Made by a program: the position numbers and the translations under genes. Source: a bacterium (GTDB taxonomy: Bacteria; Sysuimicrobiota; Sysuimicrobiia; Sysuimicrobiales; Kaftiobacteriaceae). From it: a DNA stretch of 60,923 nucleotides. The notes under the pieces were generated by a model. It was not told the DNA's origin and did no database searches. It saw only the letters and a program-made list of their open reading frames with translations. Shown here piece by piece: positions 1 to 8,814 of this stretch; within the stretch, counting starts at the first letter, position 1, and each line of letters opens with the position of its first letter. The stretch covers positions 1 through 60,923 of the forward strand of contig JBIOWP010000072.1 in the NCBI GenBank assembly GCA_044868695.1, read 5' to 3'.

Positions 1-887
1 AGCTGCGGGACGTGCGCGTGGGCGCGCTCGAGCAGCCCGTCCAGCCACCGCGCCTCGAAGCTCGTGTCAAAGGGGTCATCCGCGCTCAGGTCGTCCGGCC
101 ACAGCAGCAGCACGTCGCCGTCCCGCACCCGGAAGTGAAAGCCGTCCTGCGCGAAGATGGTCATCGGCATCTCTTCGGGGAACGGGGACGGGCGCATCAC
201 GGCCACCTGGCGCCGCACAGGCCGGACGGGCAGATCGACCCCGGCATCCGCGGCGATCACCCCGGCCCATGCTCCCGCCGCACTCACCACGCACGGCGTC
301 GCGATCTGCGCCGTCTCGGTCCGGACCGCCGTCACGCGCCCGCCTTCTACGACACAGCGGCCCCAGCCCGCGCCAAACTCGACGCTCACTTGACGCCGCC
401 GGGACGCGTCGAGGTACCCGCGCAGGACCTCCAGCGGCTTGATAAACCCATCACTGGGACAGAAGGTACCGCCGACCACCGACTCACGCGGGACGGCAGG
501 ATTGAGCCGCGCCGCCTCCTCGGGCGTGACTTCCTTCGCCTCGCGTAGGCCCGCCTCGTGCTGCACAGCAATCGCGGCACGCAGCATAGCAAGCTCATCC
601 TCGGCAGATGCCAGGAAGAGGTAGCCGCAGGGACGGTAGCCGGGATCGACCCCAGTCTCGTCGTGGAATCGCAGCAGTTTCTCCCGCGCCAGCAACGAGA
701 GCAGCACGTTGACGCGGGTGCTGAATTGCGCGCGGAACCCGCCGGTCGCCCTTCCGGTGCTGCCCGATCCAGGCGCCGGCGCGCGATCCAGGACAACGAT
801 CCGCTGCCGCCCCCGCGCAGCGAGATGATAGGCAACGCTGGCGCCGATCACACCGCCGCCGATTATCACGACATCCGCCGTCCGCAT
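1..887 (-). CDS. FAD-dependent oxidoreductase, DAO/sarcosine oxidase beta-like (3' end runs off the window)
   Basis: Read by hand because it is absent from the ORF track (no stop in window). MRTADVVIIGGGVIGASVAYHLA carries the GxGxxG FAD motif, followed by GSTGRATGGFRAQF and VVSAAGAWA. SD GGAGG precedes ATG 887 (alternative ATG 890). Confidence 0.88.
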   Translation of the reverse strand, partial: MRTADVVIIGGGVIGASVAYHLAARGRQRIVVLDRAPAPGSGSTGRATGGFRAQFSTRVNVLLSLLAREKLLRFHDETGVDPGYRPCGYLFLASAEDELAMLRAAIAVQHEAGLREAKEVTPEEAARLNPAVPRESVVGGTFCPSDGFIKPLEVLRGYLDASRRRQVSVEFGAGWGRCVVEGGRVTAVRTETAQIATPCVVSAAGAWAGVIAADAGVDLPVRPVRRQVAVMRPSPFPEEMPMTIFAQDGFHFRVRDGDVLLLWPDDLSADDPFDTSFEARWLDGLLERAHAHVPQ

Positions 888-988
888 CATCGCCTCCCGC
901 CCCGATGCGCTCAGTGTTCCATGCAATCCTCCTGCGCGCCTTCATCGCAGAGGAGAGATCCGGCCCCCGTCGAAACGTCCAGCGCCGC

Positions 989-1045
989 CACGGAGGTGAC
1001 CAGCGCACACCTCCGTGCTGGCCACCATCCGGCTGCGCTGAGGTG
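989..1045 (+). promoter_or_regulatory. Candidate structured 5' leader (H-type pseudoknot / anti-SD switch)
   Basis: Perfect 10-bp stem CACGGAGGTG(989-998)/CACCTCCGTG(1008-1017). Loop CAGCGCA(1001-1007) is complementary to TGCGCTG(1034-1040), which abuts SD GAGGTG(1040-1045). Confidence 0.3.
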
Positions 1046-1048
1046 TCT

Positions 1049-1591
1049 ATGGCGCGTTTCACGTGCGCGGATGCGCTGACCGGATCGCGGTTGCTCCTGC
1101 TCCCCTGCTTCCTATACGGGCTGGCAACCCGCCGGAGCGCCCTGGCCGTGGTCACGCTTGCGGTCATCATCGGGACGGATCTCATCGATGGGCGGATTGC
1201 GCGGCGGATGGGGCAATCACGGTCCGCCGGAGCGGTGCTGGACAGCGCGGTTGATTTCGTCGTGATCTACTCGACGTTCACAGCACTGTGGCTCATTGAG
1301 GTCATCCCGTGGTGGAAGTGGGCGGTCATCTTCCTCCCCGGGCTGCTCATGGCGGCCACGCAGACCCTCCACTTCACCCGCGCACCTGAGCCGGCGTTCC
1401 CCGTCGCGCGCTTCGGGAAATTGGTCGGGCAGATCCAGTTCGTCTACCTACCGCTGCTGGTTGCGCTCGCGCTGGGGTGGCGCGCCCCCTGGGCGGGCAC
1501 GGCCGACCGCGCCGTGTTTGGCGTGCTGGCGGCGGCCATCCTCGCCAACACGCTCGACCACATCAAGATGCTGATGCGCCTGCTGCGATGA
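1049..1591 (+). CDS. CDP-alcohol phosphatidyltransferase family protein
   Basis: TDLIDGRIARRMGQSRSAGAVLDSAVD matches the DxxDGxxAR...G...D...D signature. Hydrophobic protein; SD GAGG before ATG 1049. Confidence 0.88.
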   Translation: MARFTCADALTGSRLLLLPCFLYGLATRRSALAVVTLAVIIGTDLIDGRIARRMGQSRSAGAVLDSAVDFVVIYSTFTALWLIEVIPWWKWAVIFLPGLLMAATQTLHFTRAPEPAFPVARFGKLVGQIQFVYLPLLVALALGWRAPWAGTADRAVFGVLAAAILANTLDHIKMLMRLLR

Positions 1592-2832
1592 CCACGCATC
1601 CGATGCAGCCGGCCCCGTGGTGGATCCCGCGAACGTTTGCGATCGGCCTCGCATATTTCAGCGCCCAGATGAGCGTCGCGCTCTACAACGGATTCCTGCC
1701 GATTTTCTACGGCGCGTTTGTCGCCAGCAATACGCTGATCGGTCTGATCATGGTCATCGACAACATCGCCTCGCTGACCCTCCAGCCCTACTTTGCGGGG
1801 CTCAGCGACCGCACCGAAACCCGGCTCGGCCGGCGGACGCCGTTCCTGCTGGTCGGGATCCCGCTCGCCGCGCTGTTCTTCTTGCTGATTCCGCGGGCCC
1901 ACGGTTTTTGGCTGCTCTTCCTCGCGACCATCATGGTCAATGCCGGCGGAGCGGTGTTTAACGGTCCCAGCATCGCGCTGATGCCCGACATCACCCCGGA
2001 GACCCTCCGCAGCCGCGCGAACGGGATTCTCAACCTGATGGCGGGGCTGGGGGTGGTTGTGGCTTCCTTTGTGCTGGCGCGGCTGTACGACCGGTCCCGC
2101 ACGCTGCCGTTCGACATCGCGTCGCTTCTGCTGCTCGGCGCCCTGGCGGTCATTCTCCTGGCGATCCGCGAGCGCCGGCTCTCCCGTCAGTATGGGGAGG
2201 ATCAGACGTCGACGCCTACGCCCGATGCCGTTCAGGCCGGCCGCCTCTTTCAGGCCCTGCGGATGGTGGTGCAGAACCGGGACCGCAGCGTCCTCTTTCT
2301 CTTTCTCGGAGGCCTGACGTGGGTTGCCGCCGTGAATGGCGTCCAAAACATGTTCACGCGTTATGGGGTGAACTACCTCGGGCTGAGCCCGTCGGGGGCG
2401 CTCTTACTCCTCGGGTTCTTCGCCGCGTCCTTCCTCGTCTTTGCCGTACCCGCCGGCATTGTGGGAGACCGGATCGGCCGGCTGCCGGCCATCCGTCTCG
2501 GTGTAGCAGGGACGCTGGTCGTGTTTCTGGCGATCTCGTCCGTCCGGGATCCGGGGCTGTACCGCGCCATCCTGGTCGCCGGCGGCCTGTGCTGGGCGCT
2601 GTGGGTCGTCAACGCTTACCCATATCTGGTCGATCGCATCCCACCCAGCCAGACCGGGATCTACACCGGGCTGTGGACCGCAGTGGTGGGCCTGGGGGGA
2701 TTGATCGCACCGCCGTTGTTCGGGATGGTCGTAGACACGTTTGGCTTTCGCGCGTTCTTCACTCCAGGCATCGCGTTGATGGCCGTCGGTCTCGCGCTGA
2801 CCCTCGGCCTCCATGAGAACCGACGGACGTAG
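1588..2832 (+). CDS. MFS transporter (maltose/sucrose-like, SLC45/MalT type)
   Basis: About 12 TM segments; motif A GLSDRTETRLGRRTPF and GIVGDRIGR. ATGA overlap with the upstream stop. Confidence 0.85.
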   Translation: MTTHPMQPAPWWIPRTFAIGLAYFSAQMSVALYNGFLPIFYGAFVASNTLIGLIMVIDNIASLTLQPYFAGLSDRTETRLGRRTPFLLVGIPLAALFFLLIPRAHGFWLLFLATIMVNAGGAVFNGPSIALMPDITPETLRSRANGILNLMAGLGVVVASFVLARLYDRSRTLPFDIASLLLLGALAVILLAIRERRLSRQYGEDQTSTPTPDAVQAGRLFQALRMVVQNRDRSVLFLFLGGLTWVAAVNGVQNMFTRYGVNYLGLSPSGALLLLGFFAASFLVFAVPAGIVGDRIGRLPAIRLGVAGTLVVFLAISSVRDPGLYRAILVAGGLCWALWVVNAYPYLVDRIPPSQTGIYTGLWTAVVGLGGLIAPPLFGMVVDTFGFRAFFTPGIALMAVGLALTLGLHENRRT

Positions 2833-2837
2833 AAGCC

Positions 2838-3740
2838 TCACACCCGGCCGCTGCGGGCTAGCCGCGCATACCGCCGGTACACCTGCGCATCAATCGCTCC
2901 GGCCTCCACGGCAGCTTTCACCGCGCACTTGGGTTCGTGGGTGTGCGAGCAGTCGCGGAAGCGGCAGCCGGAGGCCAGGGCGCTGATGTCCGGGAACAGA
3001 TCCTCCGATGCCCGGGCGCCCTCATCGGCGAGGAACCCGACCTCGCGCAGCCCCGGCGTGTCGACAATCATCGCCGGCCCTACGCGGTATGTCGCCGCCC
3101 AGCTGGTCGTGTGACTGCCCCTCCCGCCGCGCGCGAGCGGCGCCACGCGCAGCGTGAGGGAGGGATCGAGGACTCGGACCAGGCTGGTTTTCCCCGCTCC
3201 GGAGGGCCCGACAAAAGCGGCGAGCCCGGTTCCCAGATAGCGGCGAATCTCCTCAACGCCTTCACCGGTGAGAGCGCTCGTGAGGACGACGGGAACGGCG
3301 GCCCGCCGGTAAGACTCGAGGACGCGGTCCACCTCGCCGCGATCCGCCAGGTCGATCTTGTTGGCACACACCAGCGGGGGACAGCCCCCGCTCGAGGCGA
3401 TCGCCAGAAACCGGTCGATGACCGTCGGGCGCGGCGGGCAGGACACGACGATGACGACGAGATCCAGGTTCGCCGCCAGCACCTGGGCTGGCGCAAACTT
3501 ATCCCCCGCCGCCGCCCGCATGAGCTGCGACCGGCGGGGAAGCACCTTTCTGACCGCGCCGGACAGCGGTCCGACGACATCCACGTCCACCCGATCTCCG
3601 ACCGCCACGGGGCTGGTCGTCTGGGCAAGTTCGCTACGGAGCCGGCCGCGCAGCACGCACCGCCACTCCTGGCCTGCTTCATCACGGACCGTGACCACCG
3701 CCCCGTCGGTCCGCACAACCATCCCTTCGAATGTGTCCAC
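2838..3740 (-). CDS. rsgA: Ribosome small subunit-dependent GTPase A (RsgA family)
   Basis: OB-fold N-terminus, circularly permuted GTPase (NKID before GPSGAGKT; SHTT; DTPG), C-terminal CRFRDCSHTHEPKC Zn site. GTG 3740 follows AGGAGG. Confidence 0.92.
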   Translation of the reverse strand: MDTFEGMVVRTDGAVVTVRDEAGQEWRCVLRGRLRSELAQTTSPVAVGDRVDVDVVGPLSGAVRKVLPRRSQLMRAAAGDKFAPAQVLAANLDLVVIVVSCPPRPTVIDRFLAIASSGGCPPLVCANKIDLADRGEVDRVLESYRRAAVPVVLTSALTGEGVEEIRRYLGTGLAAFVGPSGAGKTSLVRVLDPSLTLRVAPLARGGRGSHTTSWAATYRVGPAMIVDTPGLREVGFLADEGARASEDLFPDISALASGCRFRDCSHTHEPKCAVKAAVEAGAIDAQVYRRYARLARSGRV

Positions 3741-3770
3741 GACTGCTGGCCTCCTGTGCGATCTGGTGAG

Positions 3771-3807
3771 AAAATGAAAACGGCTGTGGGCGACGTGCCC
3801 ACAGCCG
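3771..3807 (-). terminator. Intrinsic terminator (attenuator) in the rsgA leader
   Basis: Perfect 11-bp stem CGGCTGTGGGC-ACGTC-GCCCACAGCCG followed by TTTTCATTTT on the minus strand, ending about 30 nt before the rsgA start. Confidence 0.75.
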
Positions 3808-3825
3808 CGCACAGAGACCTGGCAG

Positions 3826-3912
3826 TCAGCGTGCCGCTGCGAAACGCAGCAGACCGGCCGCGCGGGGAGATGGGTACGATGCCCGGACGTTCGACACACG
3901 CTCTCGCTGCAT
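3826..3912 (-). CDS. Putative 28-aa leader peptide MQRERVSNVRASYPSPRAAGLLRFAAAR
   Basis: AAGGAGG SD lies 8 nt before ATG 3912; TGA at 3828-3826 is just ahead of the terminator. Too short for the ORF track. Confidence 0.6.
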   Translation of the reverse strand: MQRERVSNVRASYPSPRAAGLLRFAAAR

Positions 3913-3965
3913 CGTGCATCCCTCCTTCCGGCGCGCCGACGGCGGCCTTATCGCAACGCACTGCC

Positions 3966-3994
3966 ATGCTAACATACCGAGTACATCGCCGCAA
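3966..3994 (-). promoter_or_regulatory. Sigma70-type promoter for leader-rsgA
   Basis: TTGCGG-N17-TAGCAT with an extended -10 TG. Confidence 0.5.
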
Positions 3995-4057
3995 CCAACG
4001 GCAGGGAACTCGCCTCCCCAGGTCGTGCGCTGGCTGCTTGGGGGGCAGGTCGCCTCT

Positions 4058-4086
4058 TTGCAATGGGCGGGTCGGTTGATTACAAT
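4058..4086 (+). promoter_or_regulatory. Sigma70-type promoter for the NEW3/ABC operon
   Basis: TTGCAA-N17-TACAAT. Confidence 0.6.
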
Positions 4087-4119
4087 TCGGTCCGGAGAGC
4101 TTCTCCCTGGAGGGAAACG

Positions 4120-5271
4120 ATGGAACGCGCACGTCTCGCAGTACTGGTAACTGCCTTGGTCCTGGCTGCCGCGGCACTGCCGGCCGCCGGCGGGTTTGTC
4201 GGATTGCGCATTTCTACTCCCTTCCCGTCGCAGTCGGCGCAGGTCGGCGAGCCGATCACGCTCAGCCTGACCGTGAAGAACTTCGGGCTGCCGCCTCAGA
4301 CGGTGGTGCTGCGCGTGGCGTCCGCGCCCCGCGGGTGGAAAGCCACCTTCCTGGGTGCCGGCCGGGTGGTCGAGTCGGTCTTCGTCGACCCTGACCAGGA
4401 AAGCACCGTCACGCTTCGCCTGGAACCGCCGGCAGGCGTGCGGGCCGGCGAGTACCGGTTCCAGATTGCCGCCGCAGGACAGAACGCCTCAGCCGGCCTG
4501 CCCATCGCGCTGACCCTGGGCAACGTGCTGCCGCGGCGGCTGTCGCTGGACGCAGAACTGCCCGTCCTGCGGGGATCGCCGACCAGCAGCTTCCGCTACC
4601 GGCTGACGCTGCGCAATGAGAGCGACCAGGAACTTCTGGTGAACCTCGACGCCGACGCCCCGCGTGGGTTTCGCGCAACCTTCACGACGCTGGGCCAAGA
4701 GGTCGCCAGCCTGCCCATCAAGGGTGGGGAGACGAAAGACCTCGATGCGGAAATCGCGCTTCCTCCAAGAACCGCGGCCGGCACCTATCCGATCACCGTC
4801 CGTGCGGTCGGCGGCGAGACGAAGGCGGAGCTGCAGCTGCGTCTGGAGATCACCGGACGGCCGGAGCTGTCGGTGACCTCGGCGGAGGAACGGCTCTCGG
4901 GCCGCGCGACGGCGGGCCGCAGTTCCCCGCTGAAACTGGTCATCAAGAACAACGGCAGCGCCCCTGCGCGCAACGTGACGTTCTCGGCATCCGAACCGAC
5001 GGGGTGGGAAGTAACGTTCACCCCGGAGCGCGTCGATGAAATTGGCGCCAACGGCCAGGCAGAAGTGACGGCGAGCCTGAAACCGTCGGACAAGGCGCTG
5101 ACCGGGGACTACATGGTCGCGGTCACCGCCAGCGCCGGCGACACCTCGGCCTCGGCGGACTTTCGCATCACCGTTGGCCGGTCCACGCTGTGGGGATTTG
5201 TCGGCGTCCTTCTGATCGCGGTGGCGCTGGGTGTGGTGACGTTTGCCGTGAACCGGTTCGGACGGCGATGA
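4120..5271 (+). CDS. Secreted, C-terminally anchored protein with repeated Ig-like NEW3 domains (ABC-associated)
   Basis: Signal peptide, three beta-rich repeats (LTVKNFG / LTLRNES / LVIKNNG ... G.Y...V.A) and a C-terminal TM helix ending RFGRR. SD GGAGG. Confidence 0.78.
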   Translation: MERARLAVLVTALVLAAAALPAAGGFVGLRISTPFPSQSAQVGEPITLSLTVKNFGLPPQTVVLRVASAPRGWKATFLGAGRVVESVFVDPDQESTVTLRLEPPAGVRAGEYRFQIAAAGQNASAGLPIALTLGNVLPRRLSLDAELPVLRGSPTSSFRYRLTLRNESDQELLVNLDADAPRGFRATFTTLGQEVASLPIKGGETKDLDAEIALPPRTAAGTYPITVRAVGGETKAELQLRLEITGRPELSVTSAEERLSGRATAGRSSPLKLVIKNNGSAPARNVTFSASEPTGWEVTFTPERVDEIGANGQAEVTASLKPSDKALTGDYMVAVTASAGDTSASADFRITVGRSTLWGFVGVLLIAVALGVVTFAVNRFGRR

Positions 5272-6206
5272 ACGCGGTCATCGAAACTGAATCGCTGACC
5301 AAGCACTACGGGCCGGTCATTGCCGTCGACGCCCTCACGCTGACGCTACACAAGGGGGAAGTGTTCGGACTGCTCGGCCCCAACGGCTCGGGGAAGACGA
5401 CGACCATCCTGATGCTGCTGGGTCTGACCGACCGGACCGCCGGCACCGTCCGCGTGCTGGGTGAGGATCCGTCGCGGAACCCGCTGGCGGTCAAACGCCG
5501 GGTCGGCTACCTCCCCGATTCCGTGGGATTCTATGACGATCTCACGGCGCGCGAGAATTTGCGGTACACTGCGCGGCTGAACGGCCTGCCGCGGTCGGAC
5601 ACCGAAGCGCGCATCGAGGAGGCACTGGCCCGCGTGGGACTCACGGCGGTCGCCGACCGGCTCGCGGGTGCGTTCTCCCGGGGCATGCGGCAGCGGCTGG
5701 GGCTGGCCGATGTCCTGCTCAAGCGGCCGGAGATCGCCATCCTCGACGAGCCGACGGTGGGCCTGGACCCGGAGGCCGCGATGGAGTTTTTGGGGATGAT
5801 CCGCGACCTGCGGGCGCACGGGATCACCGTGCTGCTGTCCTCGCATCTCTTGCATCAGGTCCAGGCGGTCTGTGACCGCGTGGGCCTGTTCCACCGCGGG
5901 CGGATGGTCCTGGAGGGGACGTTCGAGAGCCTTGCGGACCGTGTGCTCGGCGGCGCTTACCGCATTCGCGTAGAAGTCTCGCGCCCGGACGGCGTCGAGC
6001 CCGCGCTGCGTGCGATCGCCGGTGTGAGCGCCGTCGCGCAGGAACGCCCCGGGCTGTTCCGCCTGGAGGCCCAGGCCGACTGCCGGGCCGAGGTGGCCCG
6101 GCGGGTCATCTCGGGCGGCGCCGACCTGCTGGGCCTCGCGCTCGAGCGCCCGTCCCTGGACGAAGTGTACGCCCGCTACTTCCAGGAGGTGTCCCGTGAA
6201 GCGTGA
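5268..6206 (+). CDS. ABC transporter ATP-binding protein (ABC-2 type)
   Basis: Walker A GPNGSGKT, signature FSRGMRQR, Walker B ILDEPT, SSH; ATGA overlap. Confidence 0.93.
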   Translation: MNAVIETESLTKHYGPVIAVDALTLTLHKGEVFGLLGPNGSGKTTTILMLLGLTDRTAGTVRVLGEDPSRNPLAVKRRVGYLPDSVGFYDDLTARENLRYTARLNGLPRSDTEARIEEALARVGLTAVADRLAGAFSRGMRQRLGLADVLLKRPEIAILDEPTVGLDPEAAMEFLGMIRDLRAHGITVLLSSHLLHQVQAVCDRVGLFHRGRMVLEGTFESLADRVLGGAYRIRVEVSRPDGVEPALRAIAGVSAVAQERPGLFRLEAQADCRAEVARRVISGGADLLGLALERPSLDEVYARYFQEVSREA

Positions 6207-7152
6207 GGGCTCGCCCTGGACCGGGCTGTGGGCGGTCGTGCTCAAGGAACTCTCCGACCACCTCAGCAGCGTCCGCATGCAGCTGCTGGAGCTGCTGATC
6301 TTTCTGACGGCGTTCGCGGCGACATTCGTGGCGTCGCGCCAGCTGCGCGCGACGATTGCGGAAGACCCATTCATCTACCTGAAACTCTTCACGACGTCGC
6401 AAGAGCCGCTGCCCTCGTTCGTGTTCTTTCTGGGCTTCTTCCTGCCGCTGGCCGCGATCTCGCTGGCCTTCGACTCGGTCAATGGCGAGCACAATCGCCG
6501 CACGCTCAGCCGCGTGCTGGCCCAGCCGATCTACCGGGACGCGCTGCTGCTGGGAAAGTTCCTGGCCGGCCTTCTGACGCTTGCACTCAGCCTGCTGGCG
6601 CTGTGGCTGCTCGTCACGGGGATGGGATTGCTGGTGATGGGCGTGGTGCCCAGCGGCGAGGAAGTCGGGCGGGGGCTCCTGTTCCTGCTGACGGCGCTGG
6701 CGTACACGGGGATCTGGCTCGCGCTCGCCCTGACGTTCTCGGTCTACTTCCGTCAGCCGGCGACCTCGGCCATGGCGGCAATCGCGGTGTGGCTGTTCTT
6801 CGCCGTCTTCTGGGACAATATTATCGTTCCGGTCGCCGCGCAGATCGTGCGCCCGGCCTACACGGGCAGTCCGCTGGAAGCGCTGGCCCAGGCGCGGGTG
6901 AGTCTGTATCTCTCGCGGCTGTCCCCGAACACGCTGTTTGCCGAGATTGTGATCGCGCTGCTGAATCCGGAAGTCCGCGCGTTGGGACCGGTGTTCATCA
7001 CACAATTGGAAGGGGCGGTTCTGGGCAGCCCGCTCCCGCTGGGCCAGAGCCTGCTGCTGGCCTGGCCGCAGTTTACCGGTCTGCTGGCGGGAGTCCTGCT
7101 CCTGTTCGCCGGCAGCTACGTGCTGTTCCAACGACAGGAGGTTCGTGCGTAG
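6196..7152 (+). CDS. ABC-2 family permease
   Basis: Multi-TM protein with KEL...[25 protein letters not shown]...GKF and terminal FQRQEVRA. Confidence 0.88.
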   Translation: MKREGSPWTGLWAVVLKELSDHLSSVRMQLLELLIFLTAFAATFVASRQLRATIAEDPFIYLKLFTTSQEPLPSFVFFLGFFLPLAAISLAFDSVNGEHNRRTLSRVLAQPIYRDALLLGKFLAGLLTLALSLLALWLLVTGMGLLVMGVVPSGEEVGRGLLFLLTALAYTGIWLALALTFSVYFRQPATSAMAAIAVWLFFAVFWDNIIVPVAAQIVRPAYTGSPLEALAQARVSLYLSRLSPNTLFAEIVIALLNPEVRALGPVFITQLEGAVLGSPLPLGQSLLLAWPQFTGLLAGVLLLFAGSYVLFQRQEVRA

Positions 7153-7163
7153 GGGCTCACACG

Positions 7164-7814
7164 ATGGACACCGGACCGGCGACCATCCCATGGGACGGCG
7201 GCGTGGTGTCGGCGGCGTGGCATCATCCGGCGGCAGGACAGACCTACCTGGTCCTCGGCCACGGGGCCGGGGGGACGATGCACACTCCGGAGCTCGTGAA
7301 GTTTGCCGACGCCCTGGCCGCCCGCGGGATCGGCGTGGTCCGGTTCAACTTTCCGTATGCGGAAGCGCGGCGGCGCGTTCCCGACCGGCAGGTGCTGCTC
7401 GAGTCCTGTTACCGCGGGGTCGCGGATGTGGTGGCACACCGCGCCGGCCGGCTGCTGCTGGGCGGGCGTTCGATGGGCGGCCGGATTGCATCGCACCTGG
7501 TCGCCGACGGCATCCCGGCCGCCGGCCTCGTGTTTCTGAGCTACCCGCTGCACCCCCCGGGCCAGCCGCAGCGCCTGCGCGACCAGCACCTCTATCGCAT
7601 CACCGTGCCGATGTTGTTCATCCAGGGGACGCGCGACGCATTCGCGCAGCCTGACCTCCTGGCCCGCACGCTCGCCAAACTCCCGACGGCCACCCTGCAC
7701 CCCATCAGCGGCGCCGACCACGGGCTGCGGGTCAGCGGACGACCGGCAGCCGACGTGCTCGCCGATCTCGTTGACACCACCGTGACCTGGGCCGCGCGCC
7801 TCAGCGGCACATAA
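7164..7814 (+). CDS. Alpha/beta hydrolase (KANL3/Tex30-like)
   Basis: HGAGG, RFNFPY, nucleophile GGRSMGG, SYPLHPPG, QGTRD, GADH. Confidence 0.87.
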   Translation: MDTGPATIPWDGGVVSAAWHHPAAGQTYLVLGHGAGGTMHTPELVKFADALAARGIGVVRFNFPYAEARRRVPDRQVLLESCYRGVADVVAHRAGRLLLGGRSMGGRIASHLVADGIPAAGLVFLSYPLHPPGQPQRLRDQHLYRITVPMLFIQGTRDAFAQPDLLARTLAKLPTATLHPISGADHGLRVSGRPAADVLADLVDTTVTWAARLSGT

Positions 7815-7854
7815 CCTCGAGTCAGTCGTACCGCCGAGACGATTCGCCGCGAAA

Positions 7855-7882
7855 GAAGGAGGGGACTGTTGTCCCCTCCTTC
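7855..7882. terminator. Hairpin terminator between convergent genes
   Basis: 12-bp stem GAAGGAGGGGAC-TGTT-GTCCCCTCCTTC with a short T tail on the minus strand. Confidence 0.6.
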
Positions 7883-7971
7883 CTATAGCTCACTTGGGTC
7901 ATCCGGGGGTGACCAAAGTGAGTGGTGGTGTGCGAGACGGCGCCGCAACCCGAGACCGCCCCCATCATCGG

Positions 7972-8814
7972 TCAGGCCGCTCTGCGCAGGCGGGGATCGA
8001 GCAGGTCGCGGATGCCGTCCCCTAGCAGGTTGAACCCGGTGACGGCGAACAGAATCGCCAGTCCGGGGAACGTGGGGACCCACCACTGGGTCGTGATGTA
8101 GTCCCGGCCCTCGCTGACCATGACCCCCCATTCCGGGGTCGGCGGCTGCGCCCCAAACCCGATGAAGCTCAGCCCCGCGGCGATCAGGATCGCCTCGCCC
8201 ATGTTGAATGACGCCTGCACGATCAGCGGCGAGAGCGCGTTGGGCAGGATGTGACGCGCGATGATACGGACGTCACCCGCGCCCATCGCCCGCGCGGCCT
8301 CCAGGAATTCCTGCCGGGTGAGCACGAGCGTCTGGGCGCGGCTCAACCTCGCGTACACTGGCCAGGTGACCATGGCAATGGCCACCATGGCGTTCGTGAG
8401 GCTGGGCCCCAGCGCGGCCGCGATCGCCATCGCGAGGATGAGCGGCGGAAACGCGAAGAAGACATCGGTCACGCGCATCAGGGCATGATCGATGCGCCCC
8501 CCGGCGTACCCTGCGGCGACACCGACGGTCGTGCCCAGCACGCCGGCCAGGATCACCACGACCAGACCGATCACCAGCGAAATCCTCGCCCCAAACAGGA
8601 GGCGGCTGAGAATGTCGCGGCCGAGCTGGTCCAGACCCAGCGGATACGGCCCACCCGGTGGGCCCAGCCGGTGCTCCAGGTCCTGCGCCAGCGGAGGATG
8701 GCCGGCCAGCAGGGGAGCCGACAGCGCGGCCAGCGCGTAGACCAGCACAATCACCGCCCCGAACGTGACCAGGGGGCTGCGGCGCAGGAACCGCGCGCGA
8801 GAGCGATTACTCAT
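7972..8814 (-). CDS. Peptide/nickel ABC transporter permease (DppC/OppC)
   Basis: LGLDQLGRD, EAARAMGA (EAA loop), PPTPEWG, FNLLGDGIRDLLDPR. Confidence 0.93.
   Translation of the reverse strand: MSNRSRARFLRRSPLVTFGAVIVLVYALAALSAPLLAGHPPLAQDLEHRLGPPGGPYPLGLDQLGRDILSRLLFGARISLVIGLVVVILAGVLGTTVGVAAGYAGGRIDHALMRVTDVFFAFPPLILAMAIAAALGPSLTNAMVAIAMVTWPVYARLSRAQTLVLTRQEFLEAARAMGAGDVRIIARHILPNALSPLIVQASFNMGEAILIAAGLSFIGFGAQPPTPEWGVMVSEGRDYITTQWWVPTFPGLAILFAVTGFNLLGDGIRDLLDPRLRRAA

Noticed and set aside
6228..7163. N-terminal 312 codons of the 528-aa ORF 6228-7814
   Set aside because: Overlaps the ABC permease in another frame and is low-complexity; the hydrolase homology begins at ATG 7164
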